The notes under the pieces were generated by a model. It did not search any database, had not been told where the DNA came from, and saw only the letters and a program-made list of their open reading frames with translations. A stretch of DNA of 64,000 bases. Origin: Somniosus microcephalus (lineage: Eukaryota). Made by a program: the position numbers and the translations under genes. The stretch lies in contig CM126230.1 in NCBI GenBank assembly GCA_052327205.1, forward strand, positions 24,800,001 to 24,864,000, in the 5' to 3' direction. Position 1 is the stretch's first letter; the number at the start of each line of letters is the position of its first letter. Below, one piece after another: positions 48,993-60,990 of this stretch.

Positions 48993-49956
48993 GTTTAATG
49001 TCTCATCCGAAAGATGGCACCTACGACAGTGCAGCGCTCCCTCAGTACTGCACTGGAGTGTCAGCCTAGATTATTGTGCTCAAGTCTCATGGAGTGGGGC
49101 ATGAACTCACAACCTTCACTACCAACTGAGCCATGGCTGAGGCACTTGAACACGACCCCAGCATAGGTTGGTACCTTCATTGAGTAAAACTTGGTGACAA
49201 ATTATAGCAGTTTCCATGCAGTGTTAAAAAATTTTGACCATTGGAACATCAGACCTTGTTACAGTTACACTCTGTCATTGTATCACCTATGCAGTATTTT
49301 GTTGAAAAAAACTAATTTTACTTAAGACTGCTACAACCATCCGAGAGCAGAGACTCTGGACTGAGTTTGAAACCTGATTTCAAAAGGGAGAAGACAGTTC
49401 ATTGGTTCCCTGCACCGCTGCTTGTTCAATATTATCTTTGTGTTTTTTAGATCAAATTATTGAATGAACGATTTAACGGGCCATGCTACAAAGATAAAAC
49501 ACATTCATAATTTTATCTGCAGATTATAACAATCTTGCCTTGAGCACACAATTCTTTGGCAAGTTAGTTTGTGTTGATCAGGCTTCCACTGTAATAACTT
49601 CTGGAATTAAACTGAGCCCTTCAAATTGTAGTACTAGTCTAATACTTTCTTGTGATTTGCCAAATGACCAATTCAGTGTGACAGCCTCAACAAAGAACAG
49701 AAGAATCAGATACAAGGAATTCAAGATATTTCTGAAGGGGCTACATTTTATTTGCCACAGCCCGACAATGATAAATCACACAATTCCACGTTGTGTAAAA
49801 CCAGTTTTGTTAGGGCAGTTGCGTGTGATTTCTGTCGGTGAATTGATATTCATCCTGGAGTTCAAATGGATTTCCAGTGTACTTTTCCACTGGGATTCGA
49901 TTGCAGCCCTGGGGACGATATGGTCTTAACCATCGTAGGAAGTTTAAGGGGGTCAT

Positions 49957-50370
49957 TCTCTCTCTCTTAGGCAGTCCCTCGGAACCGAGGATGACTTGCT
50001 TCCACATTAAAAATGAGTTCTCAGGTGACTGATGAGTCCAATGCGGGACCTACAGTCTCTGTCACAGGTGGGGCAGACGGTGGTTGAAGGGGCGGGTGGG
50101 TGGGGTGCTTGGGTTGACGTGCGCTCCTTGCGCTTGGCTTCTGCTTGCTCCCGGTGAAGAGACTCGAGGTGTTCGGCGCCTTCCCGGATGCTTCTCCTCC
50201 AGTTTGTGCGGTCTTGGGCCAGGGATTCCCAGGTGTCGGTGGGGACATTGCACTTTTTCAAGGAGGCTTTGAGGGTGTCCTTGAAGCGTTTCCTCTGCCC
50301 ACCTGGGGCTCTCTTGCCGTGTCGGAGCTCCAAGTAGAGCGCTTGTTTTGGGAGTCTCATATCGGGCATG
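49957..50370 (-). mobile_element. RTE (BovB-like) LINE 3' fragment
   Basis: RLPKQALY.EL..GKRAPGGQRKRFKDTLK...WESLAQDR..WR, with a C-terminal C2H2 motif CPTCDRDCRSRIGLISHLRTH. Confidence 0.92.
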
Positions 50371-50689
50371 CGTAATGAAAATGAAGCATTTTGGATTCTT
50401 TATTGGTGGCCACAATACACACACAAGTAAAGGTTATGTTTTCTGCAAGCTGGATAGGCTTTATATTTCAGTGTGGTTAATATTCGTATCTCAGGGCAAG
50501 ACCAGCACTTGTGCACTTATGGAAATCCTTGATATCTTTTCTTTGATTAGCTACATTCTACCTGGACGTGTAATTCAAAGTATTGGGCACAGATCAATGC
50601 ATCAAACCATCTCATTCATTTCCGAGCATCCAAGGTAATTGCTATCCTAGGGTAGTGATTCTGATTGACAGCTGGGACTGGGTCAAAGA

Positions 50690-51480
50690 CACGTGTCCTA
50701 ACTCACACAGAGACCCATTCACCCATCTTCTTCTCTTCTTAGGCAGTCCCTCGGAGCCGAGGATGACTTGCTTCCACATTAAAAATGAGTTCTCAGGTGA
50801 CTGTTGAGTCCAATGCGGGACCTACAGTCTCTGTCACAGGTGGGGCAGACGGTGGTTGAAGGGGTGGGTGGGTGGGGTGCTTGGGTTGACGGGCGCTCCT
50901 TGCGCTTGGCTTCCGCTTGCTCCCGGCGAAGAGACTCGAGGTGTTCGGCGCATTCCCGGATGCTTCTCCTCCACTTTGTGCGGTCTTGGGCCAGGGATTC
51001 CCAGGTGTCGGTGGGGATGTTACACCCATCATCCCTGTGCTCGCTGACCTACATTGGCTCCCAGTCTGGCAAAGCCTCTATTTTGAAATTCTCATTCTTG
51101 TTTTTAAATCTCTCCCTGGTCTCGCCCCTCACTATCTCTGTAACCTCCTCCAGCCCTACAACCCTCTGAGATATCTGCACTCCTCTAATTCTGGCTTCTT
51201 GCGCATCCCCGATTTTAATCACTCCAACATTGGTGGCTGTGCCTTCAGCTGCCTAGGCCCTAAGCTCTGGAATTCCCTGTCTAAACCTCTCCACCTCTCT
51301 TTCCTCCTTTAAGATGCTCCTTAAAACCTAGCTCTTTGACCAAGCTTTTGGTCATCTGCCCTAGTTTATCCTTATGTGGCTCGGTGTCAAATTGTATTCA
51401 ATAACGCTCCTGTGAAGCGCCTTGGGACGTTTTACTACGTTAAAGGTGCTATATAAATGCATGTTGCTGTTGTTGTTGTC
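50690..51480 (+). mobile_element. L2 LINE 3' fragment (split by the RTE)
   Basis: PIIPVLADLHWLPV...AFSCLGPKLWNSL; ttgttg tail. Confidence 0.9.
50728..51022 (-). mobile_element. RTE LINE 3' fragment inserted in an L2
   Basis: Same family as 49957; 8-bp TSD cacccatc (50720-50727 / 51023-51030). Confidence 0.9.
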
Positions 51481-51919
51481 GGGCCAGCATGAGGAACAGG
51501 CCAAAGATTCTTTGTAATATGCTTGACAACTCTGTGGCCAGGAGCTTCCAACTGTGGGCTTACGATCGACTGCATGAGTTCAGTCAAAATACCAACAGAG
51601 AAACTGAGCTATATCTGGTTCAATGGCAATGTTTCACACACGAGAAATGAGTGCCCATGTTTCAAGAATAATTTTACGTTGAGGGCTAATGCAGGAGAAG
51701 CATCTGTTGTTGTGACAGTTTGAGGAGAATTCCAAAGGTTATAACTGCTTTTAATGTACAGTTTGTACTGAGCAGAGCTCATTTACCCACTTAATGTTCC
51801 ATAAATTCATCTGCATTTACAAACTGAACCTCAGTCGGATTGCATGTATTCAATCCCCCTACCAAAAGGTGAGATCATCATGTGATGATGTGATATCTTC
51901 TAGTCAACTGGAATATAGT

Positions 51920-52662
51920 GGGCCGTATATTCCGATGCGTCTGTGTACACACCCGTAGGGACATCGGAAATGCCGGTTTCGGCCATGCCAAGTGCATGCG
52001 CTGAAAACCGGCATATCCGATCTGTCAAGAATGCTCTGGACAGATCCTCTGCCTGCCCTGGAGAAGGGCCTCTGCGGGGGGAGAGTTCCGCTTTCTGCAG
52101 AACCTCCGCCCGCTGAAAACCCTTAGAAATCTTACGCCTGGTAAAAGCAGCGTAAGGCCTGCTTTTACCAGCATAAGATTTGAAAAAAGTTTTTTTTTTT
52201 TTTTAATTTCACTCATTAACCATTTAATAATACTTTAAAAAAGGTAAGTTTATTTTTAGCCCCGTAAAAAACTTTAATTCATTTTTTCAAAAAATTAAAT
52301 TTTTGTTTAAAATATTTAATTTATTGTAATTTCAACTCATTTTAAAAATGTGACTTTTTTAAATGTATTTAATGTTTTACGGTGTTTTGGGGGTGATCTC
52401 CATTCATATATTTGACAGGTCTATCTGTCAAGTGTATGAAGGGAGATTCCCATCTGCTATTGGCTCCCCATGTCCCACGTGATCCCAGGGACGCTTGCGA
52501 ACCGCCTGCGCTTCTGGGATACGTGGGCCCTGTGCATTTTGAGTTTGGAGAGGCCCAGGAGCGGAAGTATTCGCACCTTGCGAGCCCTCAGGTAAGTCCA
52601 TAGATTTTTTCCAGATCGGAGGTGTCCACACGCAGGAAGCCTCCGATCGGAAAATACGGCCC
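51920..52662. mobile_element. Family A Harbinger-type MITE, inverted relative to 7258
   Basis: GGGCCGTATATTCCGAT...ATCGGAAAATACGGCCC; flanks agt/att. Confidence 0.9.
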
Positions 52663-52965
52663 ATTGTCATGGGTTTTCTGTTCAATCCTTGGGTCTCACT
52701 ACATTTACCTAGAGATTGGGCAGATGAAGAGACACTCTGGTTCATAGGGGAGGTGAGGTCTGTTTATGGGAATGATTAGCTACACCAGCATAAAATCCCC
52801 ACCCGTCCAAAAAAAATAACATGTCATTTCCTCACTGGTTATGGAGTAAAAACAAAAAAGGGATATTGTTTTATTACTGTTCATGATTTCTTGTCTTTTC
52901 ATCTCCCTGCAGGCACTATTTGACTCCACAGAGCCTCATTCGGATTTGTTCAACTGCAAGGCTAA

Positions 52966-53918
52966 GACATAAATGACTTGGATGAGAATGTAAAAGGTAT
53001 GATCAGTAAGTTCGCAGATGACACGAAAATTGGTGGGGTGGTAAATTGCGAGGAGGAAAGCCTCAGGCTACAGGACGATATAAACGGGTTGGTCAGATGG
53101 GCGGAAAAGTGGCAAATGGAATTTAACCCTGAAAAGTGCGAGGTGATGCATTTTGGACGGACAAATAAGGTAAGGGAATACACAATGAGTGGTAGGACCC
53201 TAGGAAGTACAGAGGGTCAGAGGGACCTTGGTGTACATGTACATAGATCCCTGAAGGCAGCGGAACAGGTAGATAAGGTGGTTAAAAAGGCATATGGGAT
53301 ACTTGCCTTCATTAGCCGAGGCATGGAATATAAGAGCAGGGAGGTTATGATGGAGCTGTACAAAACGCTGGTGAGGCCACAGCTGGAGTACTGTGTGCAG
53401 TTCTGGTCGCCTCACTATAGAAAGGATGTGATTGCTTTGGAGAGGGTGCAGAGAAGATTCACCAGGATGTTACCTGGGATGGAGCGCCTCAGCTATGAAG
53501 AGAGGCTGGACAGGCTGGGGTTGTTTTCCTTGGAGCAAAGAAGGCTGAGGGGGGACCTGATTGAGGTGTACAAAATGATGAGGGGCATAGATAGGGTAAA
53601 GAGGAACTTTTCCCCTTAGTAGGGGGGTCAATAACAAGGGGGCATAGATTCAGGGTAAGGGGCAGGAGATTTAGAGGGGATTTGAGGAGGAACTTTTTCA
53701 CCCAGAGGGTGGTTGGAATCTGGAACTCACTGCCTGAAAGGGTGGTAGAGGCAGGAACTCTCACAACATTCAAGAAGCATTTGGATGGGCACTTGAAATG
53801 CCATTGCATACAAGGCTATGGACCAAATGCTGGAAAATGGGATTAGACTGGACAGGGATGGATGGGCGGCGCGGACACGATGGGCCGAAGGGCCTCTTTC
53901 TGTGCTGTTAAACTCTAT
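52966..53918 (+). mobile_element. CR1 LINE fragment including the RT catalytic motif
   Basis: INDLDE...SKFADDTKIGG...FNPEKCEVMHFG...LVRPQLEYCVQFWSP. Confidence 0.96.
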
Positions 53919-54619
53919 GGCCTAGAAATTCAGTAGGCCTAGCGCCCCATTTGGGGCGCTGGAGGGCCTAGCGCCGGAGTTATGGCCAGTTTAAAAATTC
54001 CCTGGGGCCCTGGAATCGGCGGTAGACCGGTAGCGCTGCGCCGGCACCGATGACGTCATCGGTGTGCGCAGCGTCCCGGTTGCCATGCCGACGGGCCCCA
54101 GCGCCGAAATTCAGTTGCGGCCGCCTCGCCCGTGGCAGCCGCAACTAAGACTCTGGCAACAGAGTCTTACACGACTTTGCGCCGGCGCATAAAGGTGGAG
54201 CGGCGGCCGGCCGCTTTCCCGCCGGCCGCCTGCCCGCACCTCCCTCCCCGGACTCCCCCACCCCCCCCCCCCGCGGAACAGATGCTTCTCGGCTGCGAGC
54301 CCGGCACTTCCCCGAGGTGCCGGGCTCATTTTTGTGGCGATTTTACCGGCCAGCGGGCGGGTGCAGGCAGCTCCTCCTTAACTGAAGGAGGAGGCCTGCA
54401 CTTCCCGAGCCTGCCGCACCGCATCGGGCGCCGCAGCGCCGGAATAGCGCCGCAATGCGGCGCGTAGCGCCAGTTTTCAGGCGCAAACACCCTTCAGTAG
54501 CGCCGGCAGCCGTTTGGGCGCGGCGCTACTGAATTTTTGGCGCGCGCAGGGGGACTTAGCGCCGGCGCTAACTTTCCGGCGCTAAAGCCCTGGCGCGGCG
54601 CCAACTGAATTTCTGGGCC
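53919..54619. mobile_element. Family B MITE inserted in the CR1 tail microsatellite
   Basis: GGCCTAGAAATTCAG...CTGAATTTCTGGGCC; flanks tat/tct; the actctatg tail continues on both sides. Confidence 0.9.
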
Positions 54620-54821
54620 TCTGACTCTATGACGTACTGGACTGCTGATATGTCCATGACTGGCATCATTTCTGTGACCATCTGGCAGCAGTTTCCCTTG
54701 CAACAGTTTATGCCAGCTATCTCACAAACTCCTTCTGTATACTCAAAGTAATCTAATTAAATTTCAATTGTCTGTTGAACATCTTTTCTCTTCCTTCTGA
54801 AGAATTAGTCCCGTCCTCAGT

Positions 54822-55292
54822 GTCAGCCGTGGCTCAGTGGGTAGCACCCTTGCCTCTGAGTCAGAAGGTTGTGGGTTCAAGTCCCACTCCAGAGACTTGA
54901 GCACATAAAGCTAGGCTGACACTCCAGTGCAGTGCTGAGGGAGTGCTGCACTGTCGGAGGTGCCGTCTTTTGGATAAGACTTTAAACTGAGGATCTGTCT
55001 TGCCCTCTCGTGGAGATAAAAGATCCCGTGCACTATTTTCAAAGAAGAGCAGGAACGTTCTCCCTGGTGGCCTGGCCAATATTTATCCCTCAACCAACAT
55101 AACAAAAAAAAAACAGATTATCTGGTCATTATCACATTGCTGTTTGTGGGAGCTTGCTGTGCGCAAAATGGCAGCCGCGTTTCCCACATTACAACAGTGA
55201 CTCCACTTCAAATAGTACTTCATTGGCTGTAAAGCACTTTGAGACGTCTGGTGGTCGTGAAAGGCGCTATGTAAATGCAAGTCTTTCTTTCT
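54822..55292 (+). mobile_element. SacSINE1/DeuSINE-like tRNA-derived SINE
   Basis: A box tggctcagtgg, B box ggttcaagtcc, L2-like 3' end aaaggcgctatgtaaatgcaag. Confidence 0.88.
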
Positions 55293-55854
55293 CAGTCAGC
55301 TAATGTAGAATTGACAGATGCTTAATCTCTAAAGCTATTGAACAGGCTGAAGGCTGGAACTCCTGTCCCACCCATTACCAACGGCCTTGTGTAGTCGCAG
55401 ACTTCCTTTTCACACATTCCAATATCTTAAAACACAAAGGGGCAATTCAGGAAACGGTGTTAAGCAGCATATTTTCCCTATTTTTGATAATCTACAGAAC
55501 GCGTTATTGTTCTTTTCACTGATTCTCAAAGGAAATTAAATCATTCCTCACTATTAGTGCAACAAATTCTGTGGCAAATCCCCCTGTATTTTTTCTTCCT
55601 CGTGGAGTTTGCCTACTTATTCCTTCTCTCCTGAGAAGGGTGACTGAAACTGAGGTATAGTTCCAAAGGCAGGAGCAGCTCCAGCACTATCCCCTAGTGT
55701 GAGAGCCTCGACAGCAAGTTCTGGTTGGCCGTTTGACCATGGGGGTTTCGGCAGTCATTGAATCATCTACTGAACCGATATCTACACCTACACCTCCAGC
55801 AGGGAGAAGTCCCTGGAAAGCAATCAGGCATGGTAACTTTCCCTTCCTCAGCTT

Positions 55855-57021
55855 AGAAACATAGAAACATAGAAGATAGGAGCAGGAGAAGGCCATTCGG
55901 CCCCTCAAGCCTGTTTAATGAGATCATGGCTGATCATCTAAATTCAGTACCCTATCCCTGATTTCTCCCCATATCCCTTGATCCCTTTAGCCTTAAGAAA
56001 TATATCTAACTCCTTCTTGAATATATTTAATGAATTGGCCTCAACTGCCTTCTGTGGTAGAGAATTCCACAGGTTCACCACTCTCTGGGTGAAGAAATTC
56101 CTCCTCATCTCAGTCCTAAATGGCTTACCCCTTATCCTTAAGCATGAAGGTAAGCATGCAGGTGCAGCAGGTGGTTAAGAAGGCAAATGGTATGTTGGCC
56201 TTCATAGCAAGAGGGTTTGAGTACAGGAACAAGGATGTCTTGCTGCAGTTGTACAGGGCCTTGGTGAGACCACATCTTGAGTATTGTGTGCAGTTTTGGT
56301 CGCCTTATCTGAGGAAGGATATTCTTGCCATGGAAGGAGCTCAGCGAAGATTCACCAGGCTGATACCTGGGATGGCAGGAATGATGTATGAGGAGAGATT
56401 GGGTCGATTGGGCTTAAACTTGCTGGAGTTTAGAAGAATGAGAGGGGATCTTATTGAAACTTATAAAATTCTGGCAGGACTGGACAGACTAGATGCAGGG
56501 AGGATGTTCCAGAACCAGGGGTCACAGTCTAAGGATAAGGGGTAAGCCTTTTAGGACAGAAATGAGGAGGAATTTCTTCACCCAGAGAGTGGTGAACCTG
56601 TGGAATTCTCTACCACAGAAGGCAGTAGAGGCCAATTCATTAAATATATTCAAGAAGGAGTTGGATATATTTCTTAAGGCTAAAGGGATCAAGGGGTATG
56701 GGGAGAAAGCAGGGACCGGGTACTGAACTTAGATGATCAGCCATGATCGCATTGAATGGCGGCGCAGGCTCGAGGGGCCGAATGGCCTACTCCTGCTCCT
56801 ATCTTCTATGTCTATGTCTTAGACTGTGACCCCTGGTTCTGGACTCCCCCGCCATCGGAAACATCCTTCCTGCATCTAGTCTGTCTAGTCCTGTTAGAAT
56901 TTTATAAGTTTCAATGAGATCCCCTCTCATTCTTCTAAACTTTAGCGAATATAAGGCTAATCGACCCAATCTTTCTTCATACGTCATTCCTGCCATCCCA
57001 GGTGTCAGTCTGGTGAATCTT
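55855..57021 (-). mobile_element. CR1 3' fragment interrupted by an antisense copy of the same family
   Basis: 55855-56140 joins 56818-57021 across atcctta|gactgtgac. Confidence 0.9.
56141..56817 (+). mobile_element. CR1 3' fragment nested in the opposite orientation
   Basis: ORFs 56120-56545 and 56493-56726; ctta is duplicated at the junctions. Confidence 0.9.
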
Positions 57022-57087
57022 AGTGACACTGTAGTTAGTTCTAGCCCCACCTTCACCGCCTGGCTGCAGTCGACTAGTTCAACGCTA

Positions 57088-57595
57088 ACCTTATTTAAGA
57101 AAGGATATACTTGCATTGGAGGCAGTTCAGAGACGATTCACATGGTTGATTCCTGAGATGAGGGGGTTGGGCCTACACTCATTGGAGTTTAGAAGAATGA
57201 GAGGTGATCTTATTGAAACATATAAGATACGGAGGGGGCTCGACAAGGTAGATGCAGAGAGGATGTTTCCCCTCGTGGGGGAATCGAGAACTCGGGGGCA
57301 TAGTTTATAAAGGGTCGCCCTTTTAGAACTGAGATGAGGAGGAATTTCTTCTCTCAGAGGGTCGTAAATCTGTGGAATTCTTTGCCCCAGAGAGCCGTGG
57401 AGGCTGGGTCATTAAATACATTTAAGGTGGAGATAGACAGATTTTTGCAAGATAATGGAGTGAAGGGTTATGGGGAGCGGGCAGGGAAGTGGCTTTAAGC
57501 CCAAGGTCAGCCATGATCTTATTGAATGGCGGAGCAGGCTCGAAGGGCCAAGTGGCCTATTCCTGCTCCTATTTCTTAGGTTCTTATGATCTTAT
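57088..57595 (+). mobile_element. CR1 LINE 3' fragment
   Basis: EAVQRRFT...RGDLIETYK...RTRGHSL plus tail. Confidence 0.92.
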
Positions 57596-58563
57596 AACCA
57601 ACAACAGAACCTGAGACTTTGCTGGTCTATAGATATTTTTAGTAGTTCTTTTCATGATTTGCCCTTAGTGCTTATGAGCCATTCTTCAACTGAAAAGTGC
57701 GGGCAGGCAAACTGTTCCGAGCCCTTTGCCAATGCCAGACTGGAGGCAGCGTCTGAGAGTGGCAATGGTCAGCAACATAATACATGAGTTTCAGCAGGAG
57801 TCGGTACCACCTTTTTATAGATTTGAATCATTTGTTCACATTTTACGTTTTCCAACAATCCTGCATCTTGAGAGCACCCTGGATCTCACTCGTGGAGACA
57901 ATGAGGGAGACATACAGATCCACTCCAAACAAAATGCTGTCGCGAAGCAGCCAAAAGGATCAGAAAAATAATTACCAGCAAATGTTCATGTTATTGAAAG
58001 CACAACTAAGCTGCAGGCAGGGTCAACATGTCTGCCCAGAGATAGAAACATTTAATAGCCTATATTGAAAATGAGATGAAATATCTCTAGTGAATGGTGA
58101 GCTGAGGGATTATTTTGGAGCGGACTAGGAGAGTGAGCTAACTCAGTGCCACCAGGACAAAACCATCGCTACAAATGACCCCCAAGAAGGTCACCCCTAA
58201 TATACAAATGGTCCACCCGCACCGATAATATGCAAAATAATACTAATAAAATAAATCATTATCTGTTTTTTTTCTCATTAATAATTAACATCCTGTGGTG
58301 CCCACCAGTCGTGGAAGGCAGTGACCTGAAAATAGTTACCTCTGAAGGAGGACACTTTTCTGAAGGCTATCAGGAAGCAAGAGGGTTGTGCCTTCCATTG
58401 AATACTGATAACCTGGAGGAGTTGGAAATAAATTCTGGTACTGCCTGGAGATGGTGGGGAAAAACCCACTGGCTCTATTCAAAGTGTTTCCTGTCCCTGG
58501 ATAATTCAAAAACAGAAAGAATAAAAAATGGCTATGGACATACAAAACAACAACAACAACTTG

Positions 58564-58716
58564 CAAAATAACAACAGAAAATGCTGGAAAAACTCAGCAG
58601 GCCAGGCAACATCCGTGGAGAGAAATTAGAGTCCACGGATGTTGCCTGGCCTGCTGAGTTTTTCCAGCATTTTCTGTTGTTATTTTGGATTTCCAGCATC
58701 TGCAGTATTTTGCTAT
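58564..58716. mobile_element. Penelope-type inverted-repeat element (perfect 56-bp arms) in an L2 tail
   Basis: Arms at 58564-58619 and 58632-58687; sequence matches the 38655-38710 and 44415-44465 repeats. Confidence 0.8.
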
Positions 58717-58719
58717 CGT

Positions 58720-58948
58720 ACAACAACTTGCATTTCTATAGCACCTCGAACTTAGTAAAACGTCACAGGAACGTTATCAAACAAATTTTGAGAGCTGGAG
58801 GGAGGGAATGCCAAAGCTTAGGGCCTAGACAGCTGAAGGCATGGCCGCCAATGGTGGGGCAAAGGAAATTGGGGCTACACAAGAGGCCAGAATTGGAGGA
58901 ACACAGTGCTCTCGGAGAGTTGTAGGGCTGGAGAATGTTACAGAGATT
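58720..58948 (-). mobile_element. L2 LINE 3' fragment
   Basis: Matches the other L2 copies. Confidence 0.8.
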
Positions 58949-58964
58949 GAGGCTGATGAGCGAG

Positions 58965-59542
58965 TGTGAATAAAGGGGTAATAAATTTCAGAAGAAACTT
59001 CTTTACCCAGAGAGTGGTTAGAATGCAGAACGTACTGCTGCATCGAGTGGTTGAAGCGAATAGTATACAGGAAACTGTCGCTTAAACGGCACCTAAATAT
59101 CCAGAATTCTCTATTAACCGTCAAAATTCATACTCTGAAAACAGCTCAATAACTGGAAATGTTACCGAGTCCGAGTCTCCTGCGGTGGCCAAGTTAGTCA
59201 GTGGGGGTAGTTCTCCAAACTGCCACTACTCGGCTTCTTGGTGCTGTCAGAAGTCCGAACACCTCAATAACAGGAGTCTGACTCTTTGTTTGTTAAAAAT
59301 AGCTTCGGTAGATAACCCTCTCCGTCATCCGGAATTTTTAATCAACCGGCACCATCCCGGTCCCGTCGGTGCCGGATACCAGAGAGTTTCCTGTAGTTAA
59401 CTTTAAGGAGAAGTTAGATAAGTACATGAGGGAGAAAGGAATAGAAGAATATGCTGATAGGTTTAGATGATGTGGGGCGAGAGGAGGCTCGTGTGGAGCA
59501 TAAACATCGATATAGACCAGTTGGATCGAATGACCTGTTTCT
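58965..59542 (+). mobile_element. Degraded CR1 3' end split by a Tigger-like MITE
   Basis: ttctttacccagagagtggttagaatg...gaagcgaatagtata|gttaactttaaggagaagttagataag. Confidence 0.8.
59068..59393. mobile_element. pogo/Tigger-like MITE, inverted relative of 45098
   Basis: TA|CAGGAAACT...AGTTTCCTG|TA; shares the atccggcaccgacgggacc block. Confidence 0.88.
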
Positions 59543-60224
59543 GTGATGTAAATTCTATGTAATCAGCTCCCATGGCTGGGGACTGGTTACGAGAGAATGC
59601 ACAAGGCTGGAGGGGAGGGGACAGATGCAAACTTTAAGACAAGCACCTTGGAATAAATGTTTTTAGTATCCATTTTCAATCTATTCTAATAGAACCACAG
59701 TATTACAAATACCCCCAAACCAACCCTTAAAACATTCTAAAATTCATGCTATTCAGTCACAGAGCAAGTCATCAGAGGAGAAAATATCCTTACACACAAT
59801 GCATTTCACCAATCCGAATTTACCAATTAATAATTCACAAAATTTATTGTCACATTATATTCTGAGCACAAAATGTCTTTGTGTACAAGCCATTTGGCAC
59901 GTACTCACTGAATATTCATGCCCAATGAAATAGAAAGAGGAATTTGACGTTGTTATTCTGCCTTTCACTCGTGTTTGTAAATTTTACAATGTCTAATTCC
60001 CTGTAAGAAAGCTAGATTGCGCACGGGATCTCTTTATTAGCAGACTGGGTGTTCCAGCCTAGTTTTCCCCTCATGCATTACAAATGAGGGGAAAATTCCA
60101 CCCCAGCCAGGAAAATGGCAAGCTTTCCGTTTCACAGCCTTTCCCCTCCATTCTGTTCCTCGAGCATTACACGTCCGTCTATTTTGCACATTGGATCACA
60201 TTGGCTTATCATTACCCCTCGTTA

Positions 60225-60470
60225 AGAAAGGAAGAAAGACTTGCATTTATATAGCGCCTTTCACGGCCACCGGACCTCTCAAACCGCTTTACAGCCAATG
60301 AAGTACTTTTTGAAGTGGAGTCACTGTTGTAATGTGGGAAACGCGGCAGCCAATTTGCGCACAGCAAGCTCCCACAAACAGCAATGTGATAATGACCGGG
60401 TAATCTGTTTTTGTTATGCTGGTTGAGGGATAAATATTGGCCAGGACACCGGGGAGAACACCCCTGCTAT
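60225..60470 (-). mobile_element. SacSINE1-like SINE, 3' half
   Basis: Reverse complement of 62440-62686. Confidence 0.85.
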
Positions 60471-60771
60471 TGTGAAGTACTAACCAAACATGCAAATATG
60501 AAACTTTGAACTGCTAAGCTGGAGAAGGATCTATGCATTAAAGACTAACTATTGGAAACTGAGATACCAAAAATCAATACAGAGGAGCCAGTAATTTTTC
60601 TGAATGAAATGTTTGGCCAGCAGTTGCCAGTGACCAACATAGAGCAGGAGCCTCGGCCTTCTCTATTTCTCAGAGTTCACCAGTATTCTATCAATAATAG
60701 AAAAGTTGCCATTTTAAACTAAAGTTCTCCCCTCCCACATGAAGGTTGTGACTCGAATTTGAGTTTGGATC

Positions 60772-60869
60772 CACTGGCCTCCTCTACAGTGCTTCAGCCA
60801 AGTGAGATATTCTTCGCTTCAACCAGGACAATACCTCACTTGGGTGAAGCACTGTAGAGGAGGCCAGTG
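60772..60869. repeat. Inverted repeat with ~40-bp arms and ~18-nt loop
   Basis: cactggcctcctctacagtgcttcagccaagtgagatatt / aatacctcacttgggtgaagcactgtagaggaggccagtg. Confidence 0.9.
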
Positions 60870-60990
60870 ACGGGCTATTTAGCTGCAGGGGGCATCACAG
60901 CAGACCCTATCCTCACCCAACGTCAACAGATACACACTTTCCAGCGGGAGTCAATGGGTAGCAATCAGGAGTGGGAAGACTACCTACGGT

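Larger units (their letters stand above)
47385..49141 (-). mobile_element. SacSINE1/DeuSINE-like SINE split by a CR1
   Basis: 47385-47661 plus 48992-49141 reconstitute the reverse complement of the 62215 SINE. Confidence 0.85.

Noticed and set aside
50551-50634. Plus-strand 84-bp exon-like segment with good splice sites
   Set aside because: It is isolated, the peptide is unrecognised, and I found no partner exons. It is not supportable without RNA data.
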